Shown: piece after piece, positions 25,418-38,480 of the stretch | Position numbering within the stretch: position 1 is the first letter of the stretch | Layout of the letters: each line of letters begins with the position of its first letter | NCBI RefSeq assembly: GCF_030684315.1 | Contig: NC_081369.1 | Coordinates: forward strand, 13,678,035 to 13,742,034 | Direction of reading: 5' to 3' | From: Stegostoma tigrinum | Taxonomy: Eukaryota | Length of the DNA: 64,000 nt | Notes under the pieces: model-generated | Told to the model about the DNA's origin: nothing | Databases searched by the model: none | The model's input: only the letters and a program-made list of their open reading frames with translations | Position numbers and translations under genes: made by a program

Positions 25418-26896
25418 CTACAAGACAACCAATTGCTGTGATCAAACCGCTGCGCTCCATCATTCCCAGCTCAGAGTCCCCAAATGGTCAGAAATGGAAA
25501 GCTACCAGGTCAGTAGAGTCATGTGACAACCTGTGTGGGCATCACTTACAAGGAGAGACAAGTAAAAGTAGGATAATGTGCAGTCTTCAGGCAAATCAGA
25601 GTTCACCTTTTTGAAATAAATCCAGCTGCTAGAAATACATACATTTATGTGAGAAGCGGGAGTATGGAACTGTATGGACTTTACTGTGTCAAAGGGAGAC
25701 CTATCATACGATTTCCTGGGAAATGAAACGTTTAAAGGTCAAGGAGAAGGTGATTTACCCACTGTTTACAAAAGCCAACTGGCTGTGGAAATGGTGTCCT
25801 GCGAAGCTTTTGAGAAGAGTCAAGAGATGAGATTTCCAGCTTAACTGTTAGGCAAACAGATTTAGAAAAAGCAAATAAAAGCAATGTACTGCTGTCCCGA
25901 AACACAGATGCTCCGACCAAGAGTTAGATTGAACTAAAACATTAATTGTGTTTCTCCCACAGACACTAGAATCTAATGGAGCCATTCATGTAATTTACAT
26001 GTCAAATACACAAAGATAAAATCAGGTTGTGTAATTTAATTGAGTTCAAAATTCTTACATGAAACGGTAAGATACAGGAGCTAAATTTGGCCATTTGACC
26101 CATCGAGTCTGCTCCACCATTCAACCACGGCTGATATGATTCTCACCCCATTCTCCCCATAACCTTTGACCCCCTTACTAATCAAGAACCTATCTATCTC
26201 TGTCTTAATTACACAGAATGACTTGGCCTCCACATCCTTCTGAGACAATGAGTTTCATAGTTTCACCACTCTGGCTGAAGAAGTTCCTCCTTATCTCAGT
26301 TATTAAACAAAGGCAAGCTCACACATAACATATTTCCTGTCACAGTCATTTTCTGTTTGTAAGAGTAATTTGGGATCGCTTATCTTTAGTAGGACAGTTG
26401 GAGAAATGTTTATTTGAAAGAAGGATGAATTAACCTTCAGATAAACACCTCCCTTTGCATAACTTTATTCCTGTAACTAGTGTATGTTTGCAGTAATGTT
26501 GCACTGATTAAAGTTGTCCTGTAGCTGACTAGGAGCTCAATAGGTTAGAAGCATAAGACCAGGAGTAGGCTATTCAACCCTTCTGCCATCATAGATCTTG
26601 GCTGATCATCTAATTTGACACCTTACTCCCATGCCACACTCATATCCATAGCTGTAATTAGTAAGTAGAAATCTATCAGATTTTGCTTTGAACATGCTTA
26701 ATGACAGATCCTCCAGGTTAGAGAATTCCAAAGACTCCCTCTGAGTGAAGAGGTTTCTCCTCAACTCACTCCTGAATGGTTTGCCTTTTATTTGAATACG
26801 TATCCCCCGATTTTAGACCTCACAGCCAATAAAACATTCTTTCTACGTTTACTCTGTCTCTCCCTTTAAGAATTTCATAAGTTTCTAAGAGATCAC

Positions 26897-27124
26897 TGTA
26901 CTGATTGTAACAAGGTCAGCCTTATAGAATATGAGTTCCCTGATTGGGGCTGTTAATCTGGTCCAATCAGGGAGTCCTGGCTGACACTTATAAAATAGGA
27001 GCGTCAAATATTGTGCTCACTCTGAGTGCTGGCACTGAGGGAGCTGGGTCAATGTCCAGGACTCTCCACGTGTAAATAAAGGATAACTTGGTGACAGAAT
27101 ACCGGTCTCTGTGGAGTTAATTCA
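26897..27124 (+). mobile_element. Solo LTR
   Basis: TG...CA termini, 5-bp TSD atcac, CCAAT boxes, TATAAAA and AATAAA. Inserted inside a CR1 fragment. Confidence 0.85.
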
Positions 27125-28374
27125 ATCACCTCTCATTTTTCTAAATTTCAGAGAATATAGTGCCTGTCTCCTCGTAGGACAGTCCCACAGTCTCAGAAAT
27201 CAGTCTGGTGAAACTTTGCTGCATGCATTGATCATCAAATTTATCTCTCCTTCAGCAAAGGGACCAGAACTGCATACAATACTTCAGTTTCAGTATCACC
27301 AGCGTTCTATACAATTGAAGCAATGACAGAAGTGGATATCTCCTTAGCCCTTGTTGTTAATGTCATTTGCCAGTACTCCTTCAACAGACCAATATTGGAA
27401 AAGAATGAGGCACTGCCAATCCTGTTGATACCAAATATGGAATTGGGCACCACTCTGTTTTTGTGACTGCATGTACCTTGCTATTTTCCATACAGAATTC
27501 AGTTGATCCATCTGGTTCGGGAACCAGTGCTACTGGTGGACTCCACTTACTTTGACAGGGCTAAATCACATGATTTTCCAAAATGTATTGAATCTCTTTT
27601 CCAGCTGAGCTGGTTTTCCTGGACTCAACTGATGCTGTTCTATCGGTCCTAACTCTCCTACATCTGCATCATGTCTAATTAACGTATTACATCCTGGTGT
27701 CCTGAGTAGTCTCACTAGAACATCTCACTGCCCCTCCTTTAAATATGAGAACACAGTGTCTTAATCTCTCAGTATTTCTGTGGTAGCTGATTGAATCATT
27801 GGAAGTTCGTTTTGAAAACTGTCTGAAGCTTACTTTATTCTTATTGTCTATCATCCTTTACTATGTGTGATACACATATTCCTCTTTAAATTCATCCCGA
27901 GATTGTACCTTTTCAGCATGTTTTTTTGCAGACCTCATTCTTCTGGCTACTATCAGGAGGAGCTATCAGGTCGATCACTTTACTAAACATCCTAACTACC
28001 TTGAATGGACCAATAACTTTCACTTTCAAAGGTTCACCTTGCAAAAACAACACAACACAACAATGCTTCATTTTTCACTTAAAATGATCTAGTTAAATGA
28101 CATTTTCTACCCATTTTTTCATTTTTGCTCGTGATACTTTTAAATGCTTTTGTGCAACTCTAGATACTCTTGTGAGACTTTCTCGAACATTTAACATTGA
28201 GGATATGTTTGTTTGTTTCAGAACTTCTCTCTAATCAAATTTAATTGTCCTCTAATCTCATGGCCAAAAATCAGTTCAAATGGACTAAATCAGTAACTTG
28301 CTTTGGGGATCCCTGGTAAAAAATAGTATAAAAAAACTAATTTCTTGTCTCAATACTGTAAGTATTCATGGCAG

Positions 28375-28553
28375 AGATGGTTGGAACTGCAGATGCTGGA
28401 GAATCTGAGATAACAAGGTGCAGAGCTGGATGAACACAGCAGCCAAGCAGCATCAAAGGAAGAAGAAGGGTCTGAGCCCGAAACATCAGCCTTCCTGCTC
28501 CTCTGATGCTGCTTGGCCTGCTGTGTTCATCCAGCTCTGCACCTTGTTATCTC
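28375..28553. mobile_element. Short Penelope-pLTR fold-back insertion
   Basis: 14-bp TSD agtattcatggcag (28361-28374 and 28554-28567). Confidence 0.85.
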
Positions 28554-28734
28554 AGTATTCATGGCAGTCTGTTTTAATCATGGTTTTGAGAGTTTGATAA
28601 CACCTCTCCAAAGCTCTTGTGTTTGCAGTTATCACCAGACTATTGATAAGCCTTAGACAAAGTTAAGATCCTGATCAGATTATATCTCAATTGGTCATCA
28701 ACACTGAATTAAAACCTGAATTAACCATTCCACT

Positions 28735-28930
28735 CAGAGATAATGGGAACTGCAGATGCTGGAGAATTCGAGATTACAAAGTGTGGAGCTGGATGAACAC
28801 AGCAGGCCAAGCAGCATCTTAGGAGCACAAAGGCTGACATTTCTGATGAACGGTCTAGGCCCGAAACGTCAGCTTTTGTGCTCCTAAGATGCTGCTTGGC
28901 CTGCTGTGTTCATCCAACTCCACACTTTGA
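28735..28930. mobile_element. Short Penelope-pLTR fold-back insertion
   Basis: 13-bp TSD taaccattccact (28722-28734 and 28931-28943); hammerhead core ctgatgaacggtctaggcccgaaacgtc at ~28843. Confidence 0.85.
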
Positions 28931-31900
28931 TAACCATTCCACTAGTGTTTCAGCTATAATGGTTCCTCAGAGGGATAGCTCTGGAAATGAAATTTTCATA
29001 TCCATATGTCTAAGGCTACACAGTTTTCACTTCTGGAAGCAGTTCTTCATAAACTACTAATATCCAACTAAATGGCTCTTCAAAACTAGCATGGGCTTTC
29101 CTCACAAGTGACATGTATAACATGTTCTACAGAACTATGCTATGTCTTTATGAAATCTTGCCCACGTATTACTACATGCCCTGCCATAGGAACTTCACAT
29201 GCTATCTGGGTGGTGCCACTGATTGTTGAACAATTATCCTTTCTTCATCTCTAGCTTAGTGAGAATGTCTCCACTTCTTCAGCAGAACTGTGCTTTAAAC
29301 TCAATAACACCCTGGAAATTCTTTAGGCTCAGAATGAGTGTGAGCTGTTTTTGATAACTTACTTAACTCTGGATCTGCTTCTTGAGTCCCACTCATGAAG
29401 ACATGTCAAATACCTCTTCTGCATTGTCTACATTCATAAATACAACTTTGTTTACAGCTAACATCTCCTTGCTGTACTACTGTGTTTTCTGGTAGTGGAC
29501 TTTGTTTAGCCATTGCTATGATCAGCACAGATGTTGGAAAAACAGCTGGAACCTGTTTTTTCAACTTTCCATCTCTTTAGCTTCAAAGAAACTTTTCCTG
29601 ATTATCAGCAAAGGTATAACTTTCAATCCCGCTAAACCATTCTCCAGAAGTAAATCAACTCCATCTACAGGCAATTTCTTAACTACCTTTAATCAGACAA
29701 CATGTCACTCTCCAATGGAATGAGACATATTGGCCACCTATTTCATTTACTAACACTTTGGCTTTCATTGATTTCACTGGAGGGAAAGTTAATCCAATAA
29801 AAGAGCTTGAATAGCTCCTGTATTCCTTGCCAGAGCTATTAGCTTTGCTGCCTCATTTGAAGAATAGGACGTTTTATTCCCTTTAGATAAAAACCCTGTT
29901 ATACCTCTCATTTACCCTATGTACCACTTCATCCATAGCAATGTTTACTTCCCATCTCTTACTTGAAGTCACAGCTACATTTTGAACTGCAACATTTACT
30001 TTTGAGTTCCCTTTCTGGACTCATTCCATCTGCTCCAATAAGTCCCATCGTTTTCCCCTGAAACTTCCAGCATTCTAAATGAATGTGTCGCACCGTGTTA
30101 CAATGGGAAAACTTCAGCCTTTGATTTTCACTTCACCCTCAATTTTTTCCTTTCTGATCTGAGGAGATTTTGGTGCACAGCTGACTATCCATTCTTTACC
30201 CTGACTCATTGCTTTTCTTTCACCTAACCACTCTCTGTCCATTTTGAATTTATGAGAGTGGCAGAAGAAAGATTTAGTTTTGTTGATCAGCTCGTAATTG
30301 TCAGCCATTATTGCTGCCTATCTAGCAGTTACGATCCTTTAGTCCTCAACATTACAGACAGTAGAGAATGTTTATATCCTACCAAGAGAATAATCTCCCT
30401 AAGAACTATATACATGATTTCATCTCCTAATGATCTTATATACCTGTCAAAATTCCTTTGCTAGGCTCATTGTAGTTTTACCCCCACTGTTTCCTTAAAT
30501 TTTGAAGCCTTAGCCTATCTAGCTCAGGCACTAATTGATTTCCACATAACTAATAGCTTAGTTTTACAGCAATCCTATATGTATGACCTCCTCTGACAGT
30601 GGAGAATCTATTTCTTGTGCTTTACCTGTGAGCATACCCTGCAAAGGCATTGTCCAGGCACCCTTTGGATAATTCATCTGTCTCACTATTTTCTCAAAGG
30701 ATATAAAGAATCCCTCAATAGGCAGGGCCTACAAAACACAATCATTTCCTTACTGGACGTTCAATTATAACTTCGATTCTCTTCATCAGACCCTGCATCA
30801 GTGCCTGAATTGTCCTTTTTTACACACATCATTCTGAGCTGATATTCATTCTCTCTGTCTTTCTCTCCATCCCTTGTCATTCATTTCTTTTCCTTCGCAA
30901 TTCTAACATTCAACATTACCACTGCCTCCCCAGTATAAATTACACATAAGGGGAGATGGGTTTAGATGTCTACTTTTCTCATTTTCATTTCCTTGTAATT
31001 TTCTTTCTTTTGGAATACCGTCTCCAGCTTTTTTAATTTCAAGTTGCTTTAATTTCTCCTCATGTTCAAATGCTTCAACCATAATTGGATTTCACCCAAT
31101 TCCAGCGTTTCACTGTCTAGGGTGTGAGGTCCCTCTTATATTTCTGGTTGCCCCAAATGCCATGCTACTACTTCGATTATGTCCACTTTCTTAGCTTAGC
31201 AGACAAAGCTACCCCCAAATTACATGCCATTTCAAATAGTCTGGTTTTCGTCACTTCACTTAACAGTGCCAAGGACAACTCTGCCAACATGGCCATTTCC
31301 AGTTCAATTTCTTAACTGGAGTATGGAACATGATGTTTTCTTTATTTTTATAATTTACTGATACCACATCTAAATCTTTGAGGTCTCTTTCTCAATATAA
31401 GACAGCCGTGAGTCCCTCATCTCCTGTTATGCTGCACTTGGGAATGTACACTGACTCTGAGCCCCACTACTCCTGGGTCACCATAAAAGATAATGACCTA
31501 ATCAAAGCGCATAAAGTCTCCAGTTTACTTTCTGTTGGAATCAAGTGAAAATGAAACGTCGATCAAGTTCATGTACTTAATAAAGACAACTATTTATTAC
31601 AAGTAAGTACATTCTAATCACAATTAAACATCATGAATTATCACAATCTGGTTCTTATTGTTAAAACTTTAAGCTCATTTTAAAACACCCCACACACATA
31701 CAGGCTGACATAGACAAACAATAAAGCCATTGAGTTTATGGGTAGATGAAAAAATAGGAAACAGTTTACTAGCACCAGACTAGTGGTTCACTGAGATAAC
31801 CGGTCTGGTTTATCAGGAGTTTCCGCTCCTTGAACTCCTTTTACCAGGTCTTTTTTTCATTTCTTCATAGCAAGCCCAGAGCAACTGGTACACTGACTGT

Positions 31901-32202
31901 AAAGTCTCTTGTTCCCTATCAGTGGTCCTCCTCAGGTCGCTGGCTATTTTCCCCATTTGTGAATGAGAAAGCATAATATATGACACAATACTTGGCTCCT
32001 TCATCCTCTAAAAACCTCTAATCTCTTCTATACTTTGATAAATTACTCCAGGGCCATAATGGTGACTTATATGGATGCGGAAACTGGTATAATCATTAAA
32101 TTTAATTATTTTCCTTTTATCATCCACTTCCTCCACAATAAGAGACCCACCTTGGAGCTGCAAATGCAAATATCCAGCACTGGAGAATAATTGTGAACTC
32201 AC

Positions 32203-32279
32203 CTCATCTAGAAGTGCCTTACACCATTGCTTCAGGCCACTGGACTTTACCACATGGCCACAAGATGTTTCATGATCTC
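32203..32279 (-). CDS. Atypical RBR E3 ligase-like gene, exon 2 (partial RING1)
   Basis: Acceptor tgtcttttgtag|, donor GAG|GTGAGT, phase 1 to 0. Encodes GDHETSCGHVVKSSGLKQWCKALLDE. Confidence 0.88.
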
Positions 32280-33484
32280 CTACAAAAGACAACAGGCAGA
32301 GGTTGAGTTTGCAATTAATTCAAGCATCCAGATTTGAGGGGCTGAAGGGTTATGTAAAGCTTTGTCATTCCCATTGCAAATTCAGGAATGCAATGCGGAT
32401 TGCCTGGATTGACTTCTGACTCCATATGGGAGGGCCACTGCAAACAGGAGGAAGCTGACAAAATGTGCAAATTTGAGAAAAATGTATGTGCACAATGGCA
32501 GGAAGAACCTAACACTGAAGCATTTTCCCCCCCCTATTCCTGTGTGGAATGTGGGTGTAACCGACAAGATGGCATGTATTGCTCATCCCACCTTGCCCCC
32601 CCCCCCCAGAACAGAGTGGCTTCCTCGGCCGTTTCAGAGGGCAGTTAAGAGTCAAACACATTGATGTGCATCTGGACTCATGTGGAAACTAGACCAAGTA
32701 AGGGTGGCAGATTTCTTTCCCTTAAAGAATATCAGTGAACTAGCTAAGTTTTCGCATCTGTTGTTTTGCTGTGGTCATTAGTTCAGCTTCTAATTCAGAT
32801 TTTATTAAATTCAGATTTCACCATCTGCTTCAGTGGGATGTAAAATTACGTTTGTGGATTTCTAATCCAGTGATACTACCATTATCCCACTGCACTGCCC
32901 ACCCCCCACCCCCTGCTCAGTTTAAACGTTTACACACAAGAGGAAATGAGTGGTAGAGGTACAGGAAGAATGGATTATATGCAGCAAGAGATGAAATTGA
33001 AAGAAACACAGGTATTAAGTGACTTAATGCTCATGGCATGCCCTACCAACGCAAAGTAGAAAGCAGTAAAGCCAGAGAGATTGCTAAACCTTGCAGAAAT
33101 ATACTAAAGACCAAGCCAAAATGTTTTGATGACACTGTGCAGTTCTAGTTGTCAAGACCTGAGAGATATTCAAGAGGTTGAGAGGTGACCTTATAGAAGT
33201 TTATAAAATTATGATGGGTATAGATAAGGTGAATGGCAGGTGTCTTTTCTCTAAGGCAGGTGACTTCAAGACAATGGGGCATACTTTTAAAGTGAGAGGA
33301 GAAAGATGTAAAAAAGACATGAAGGACAATTGTTTGTTTACACAGAGAGTGGCTTGTGTGTGTGCAATGACCTTCTGGAGGAAGTGGTCGATGCAGGTAA
33401 TTGCGAGTTGCAATATTTAAAAGACGTTTGGATAACTATATGAATAAGAAATGTTTCGAAGGATACAGGCCAAGTCTCCTTCCT

Positions 33485-33838
33485 CTTTATTCATTCATGG
33501 GATGAGGGTGCTGTTGGCTAGGCCAACATTTATTGCACATCCCTAATTGCCCAGAGGGCAGTTGCGAGTCAACCACAGTGCTAAGGGTCTGGAGTCACAT
33601 GTAGGCCAGACCAGGTAAGGATGGGAGTTTCTTTCCCTAAAGGACATTAGTGAACCAGATGGGTTGTTCCAATAATCGACAATGGATTCACAGTCATCAT
33701 TATATTCTTAATTCCAGATATTTACTGAATTCAAATTCCACCATCTGCCATGGTGGGATTCAAGCCCAGGTCCCCAGAAAATTATCTGGTTGTCTGGATT
33801 AACAATCCAGCGGATAATACCAGGCCATTGCCTCCCCC
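33485..33838 (-). mobile_element. tRNA-derived shark SINE (SacSINE1/Deu-like)
   Basis: B-box-like head and catggcagatggtggaatttgaattc body, tail catgaatgaataaa. Inserted within a CR1 3' end. Related copies at ~32630-32890 (-) and ~45452-45795 (+). Confidence 0.7.
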
Positions 33839-34458
33839 AGTGCTGGCAGGTGGGACTAGTTTAGATTGGGATTATGCTCAGTATGGACTAGTTTCACTGA
33901 AGGGTCTATTTTCATGCTGAATGAATATATGACTATGACTATATTGCTGGATCTAGGACAGGTAATTAGCAATGAGGCTGGCCCCTACTGCCAGGGGTCA
34001 AAGGGATGAGAAGAACCTGTAAAATTGTGGTATGTTCAGTTCCTGAGAGGAAGTCTGGGAGATGATCTTAAAGTAGCGGATAAAATGTTTAGCAAATTTA
34101 AAATGATAAATTTTGAATGCCAATTTCAAATAAATTGAGTCAGGAAATTTGAGTGAGTAAATTTGGAGCTGATCAGAGAAATTTTTGCACAAAAGAGTGA
34201 CCACTGCTGGGAAAACATTGCCAGACAGAACAGCGGCAGGAAAAACCGAGGAACTCATTTAAGGAGAAACTGAATGCTGCAGTTTAGAGAATTTGGGATC
34301 TTCCCAGAAGACTTTATAGATCCGGCAGAGCTGCCCCCAGTGTTGTCAAATATTTGCCTAATACCACCCCATTCAAAGCAACTGAGGTTTTCTGTACAGA
34401 TGTTGAGATAAATGTGAGGTGTTGCATTTTAGTAAGGCTAACCAGGGCAGGACTTATC

Positions 34459-37400
34459 CATAGAACATAGAACATTACAGCACAGTACAGGCCCTTCGGC
34501 CCTCAATGTTGTGCCGACTTGTCATACCAACCTGAAGCCCATCTAACCTACACTATTCCATGTACGTCCATATGCTTGTCCAATGACGACTTAAATGTAC
34601 TTAAAGTTGGCGAATCTACTACCGTTGCAGGCAAAGCGTTCCACTCCCTTACTACTCTCTGAGTAAAGAAACTACCTCTGACATCTGTCCTATATCTTTC
34701 ACCCCTCAATTTAAAGCTATGCCCCCTCGTGCTCGCCGTCACCATCCTAGGAAAAAGGCTCTCCCTATCCACCCTATCTAACCCTCTGATTATTTTATAT
34801 GTCTCAATTAAGTCACCTCTCAGCCTTCTTCTCTCTAATGAAAACAGCCTCAAGTCCCTCAGCCTTTCCTCGTAAGACCTTCCCTCCATACCAGGCAACA
34901 TCCTCGTAAATCTCCTCTGCACCCTTTCCAAAGCTTCCACATCCTTCTTATAATGCAATGACTAGAACTGTACGCAATACTCCAAGTGCGGCCGCACCAG
35001 AGTTTTGTACAGCTGCAGCATAGTCTCATGGTTCCGGAGCTCGATCCCTCTATTAATAAAAGCTAAAACACTGTATGCCTTCTTAACAACCCTGTCAACC
35101 TGGGTGGCAACTTTCAAGGGTCTGTGTACATGGACACTGAGATCTCTCTGCTCATCTACACTACCAAGAATGTTACCATTAGCCCAGTACTTTGCATTCT
35201 GGTTACTCCTACCAAAGTTCATCACCTCACACTTGTCTGCATTAAACTCCATTTGCCACCTCTCAGTCCAGCTCTGCAGCTTATCTATGTCTCTGTGTAA
35301 CCTACAGCATCCTTCTTCGCTATCCACAACTCCACCGACCTTGGTGTCGTCTGCAAATTTACTAACCCATCCTTCTACGCCCTCATCTAGGTCATTTATA
35401 AAAATGACAAACAGCAGTGGACCCAACACCGACCCTTGCGGTACACCACTAGTAACTGGTCTCCAGGATGAACATTTCCCATCAACCACCACCTTCTTGT
35501 CTTCTTTCAGCAAGCCAATTTCTGACCCAAACTGCTATATCTCCCACAATCCCATTCCTCCGCATTTTGTACAATAGCCTACTGTGGGGAACCTTATCGA
35601 ATGCCTTGCTGAAATCCATATACACCACATCAACTGGTTTACTCTCATCTCCCTGTTTGGTCACCTTCTCAAAGAACTCCAATAAGGTTTGTGAGGCGCG
35701 ACCTACCCTTCACAAAACCATGCTGACTATCCCTAATCAAATTATTCTTTTCTAGATGATTATAAATCTTATCTCTTATAACTTTTTCCAACACTTTACC
35801 AACAACTGAGGTAAGGCTCACTGGTCTATAATTACCAGGGTTGTCTCTACTCTCCTTCTTGAACAGGGGAACAACATTTGCTATCCTCCAGTCGTCTGGC
35901 ACTATTCCTGTAGACAATGACGAGTTAAAGATCAATGCCAAAGGCTCGGCAATCTCCTCCCTGGCTTCCCAGAGGATCCTAGGTTAAATCCTATCCGGCC
36001 CAGGGGACTTATCTATCTTCACACTCTGTAGGATTTCTAATACCTCTTCCTTGTGAACCTCAATCCCACCTCGTCTAGTAGCCTGTATCTCAGTATTCTC
36101 CTCGACAACATTGTTGTTTTCTAGAGTGAATACTGTCGAAAAATATTCATTCAGTGCTTCCCCTATCTCCTCTGACTCCACTCACAGCTTCCCACTACTA
36201 TCCTTGATTGGCCCTAATCTTACTCTCGTCATTCTTTTATTCCTTAAATACCCATAGAAAGCCTTAGGGTTTACCCTGATCCTATCCACCAGCAACTTCT
36301 CATGTCTCCTCCTGGCTCTTCTGAGCTCTCTCTTTAGGTCTTTCCTGGCTACCTCAAGCGCCCTAACTGAGCCTTCACATCTCATCCTAACATAAGCCTT
36401 CTTCATCCTCTTGACCAGAGATTCCACTTCCTTCGTAAACCACGGCACCCATGCTCTACAGCTTCCTCCCTGCCTGATAGGTACATACTTATCTAAGACA
36501 CACAGGAGCTTTTCCTTGAATAGGCTCCACATTTCTAATGTGCCCATCCCCTGCTGTTTTCTTCCCCATCCTATGCTCCCTAAATCTTGCCTAATCTCAT
36601 CAAAATTGCCTTTCCCCAGCTATAAATCTTGCCCAGTGGAATACACCTATCCCTTTCCATCACTAAAGTAAACATAACAGAATTGTGATCGCTATCACCA
36701 AAGTGCTCACCTACTTCCAAATCTGACACCTGGCCGGGCTCCATGCCCAGTACCAAATCTAATGTGGCTTCGCCCCTTGTTGGCCTATCTACATACTGTG
36801 TCAGGAAGCCCTCCTGCACACATTGGACAAAAACTGACCGATCTATAGTACTTGAACCATAGTGTTCCCAGTCAATATATGGAAAGCTGAAGTCCCCCAT
36901 GACAACTACCCTGTCTCTCTCACTCCTGTCGAGAATCATCTTTGCTATCCTTTCCTCTACATATCTGGGACTATTCGGAGGCCTATAGAAAACTCCCAAC
37001 AGGGTGACCTCTCCTTTCCTGTTTCTAACCTCAGCCCATACCACCTCAGTTGATGAGTCCCCATACATCTTTTCTGCAACTGTTATACTGTCCATGACCA
37101 ACAATGCCACACCTCACCCTCTTTTACCGTCTTCTCTGCTCTTACTGAAACATCTAAATCCCGGAACCTGCAACAACCATTTCTGTCCCTGCTCTATCCA
37201 TGTCTCCGAAATGGCCACAATATTGAAGTCCCAGGTACCAACCCATGCTGCAAGTTCTCCCACCTTATTCCGGATGCTCCTGGTGTTGAAGTAGACACAC
37301 TTCAAACCAACTTCTTGCTTGCCGGTGCCATCTTGCGTCCCTGAAACTTTATTTCGGGCCTTCCCACTCTCAACCTTTTCCATGCTCGAACTGCAATTTT

Positions 37401-38480
37401 GGTTCCCATCCCCCTGCTGAATTAATTTAAACCCACCCGAATAGCATTAGCAAATTTCGCCCCCAGGATATCGGTACCCCTCTGGTTCAGGTGAAGACCA
37501 TGCTGCTTGTAGAGGTCCCACCTACCCCAGAAAGAGCCCCAATTATCCAAGAATCCAAAACCCTCCCTCCTGTACCATCCCTGTAGCCACATGTTCAACT
37601 CATCTCTCTCCCTATTCCTCGCCTCACTAGCACATGGCACGGGCAACAAACCAGAGACAACAACTCTGTTCACCCTAGCTCCAAGCTTCCACCCTAGCTC
37701 CCTGAATTTCTGCCTTAAATCCCCATCTCTCTTCCTACCTATGTCATTGCTGCCAATGTGGACCACAACTTGGGGCTGCTCACCCTCCCCCTTAAGGATC
37801 CCAAAAACACGAACAGAGACATCACGCACCCTGGCACCTGGGAGGCAACACACCAACCGTGAGTCTCTCTCGTCCCCACAGAACCTCCGATCTGTCCCCC
37901 TAACTATGGAGTCCCCAATGACTACTGCTCTGCTCCTCTTCCCCCTTCCCGTCTGAGCAGCAGGGACAGACTCTGTGCCAGACACCTGTGCCCCACTGCT
38001 TTTCCCTGGTAAGTTGTGCTCCCCAACAGTATCCAAAACAGTATACTTATTGTTGAGGGGAATGGCCACAGGGAATCCCTGCTCTGCCTGCCGGTTCCCT
38101 TTCCGTCCCCTGACCGTAACCCATCTGCCTTTTTCTTGTACCTGAGGAGTGACTACCTCCCTGTAACTCCTCTCAATAACCCCCTCTGCCTCCCGAATGA
38201 TCCCAAGTTCCAACTCCCTAACGTGGTTTTCGAGGAGCTGGAGTTGGGTGTACTTCCCGCAGATGTAGTCAGCAGGGACACTAGTGGTGACCCTTACCTC
38301 CCATATTCTGCAGGAGGAACATTCAACTGCTCTGACCTCCGTTCCCATTATTCTAAATTCCCAAAGAGACTGTTGAAAAATAAAGAATAAAAGGTAAGCT
38401 TTTTAAAGATTCAAAAACAGTGATTCACTGGCTTCCCGACAGGACCCTGGTCCAAGCTCCTGCCGCTGCTGCTGCGGCAA
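34459..38480 (-). mobile_element. Near-full-length CR1 LINE (ORF1 open, ORF2 frameshifted) in RBR intron 1
   Basis: 5' UTR, ORF1 at 37422-38348, then APE endonuclease (YFNTRSIRNK, ISETW, GVFYRPP, MGDFS, SDHN) and RT (YMDFSKAFDKV, SGVPQGSVLGP, FADD) split over several ORFs. 3' tail is (TTCTATG)n. Confidence 0.95.
37422..38348 (-). CDS. CR1 ORF1p (N-terminal zinc finger/coiled coil + SGNH esterase domain)
   Basis: 308 aa with CSSC..ICGK, VVIGDSIVRG, CCLPGARV, VVHIGSNDI and GLHLN motifs. Confidence 0.88.
   Translation of the reverse strand: MGTEVRAVECSSCRIWEVRVTTSVPADYICGKYTQLQLLENHVRELELGIIREAEGVIERSYREVVTPQVQEKGRWVTVRGRKGNRQAEQGFPVAIPLNNKYTVLDTVGEHNLPGKSSGAQVSGTESVPAAQTGRGKRSRAVVIGDSIVRGTDRRFCGDERDSRLVCCLPGARVRDVSVRVFGILKGEGEQPQVVVHIGSNDIGRKRDGDLRQKFRELGWKLGARVNRVVVSGLLPVPCASEARNRERDELNMWLQGWYRREGFGFLDNWGSFWGRWDLYKQHGLHLNQRGTDILGAKFANAIRVGLN

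Larger units (their letters stand above)
27325..31330 (-). mobile_element. Degenerate Ty3/Gypsy LTR retrotransposon, Gmr1-like domain order (gag...INT-RT)
   Basis: Gag-like start MAMLAELSLALLSEVTKTRLFEMACNLG (~31296). Integrase remnants IACEVPMAGHV (~29190), FPE.IPLR (~28980) and GPFKVV (~28005). RT remnant LLKEYWQMTLTTRAKEIS (~27350). Many stops and frameshifts. Confidence 0.8.

Noticed and set aside
35005-38390. Plus-strand ORFs of 63-190 aa
   Set aside because: Antisense shadows of the CR1 ORFs.
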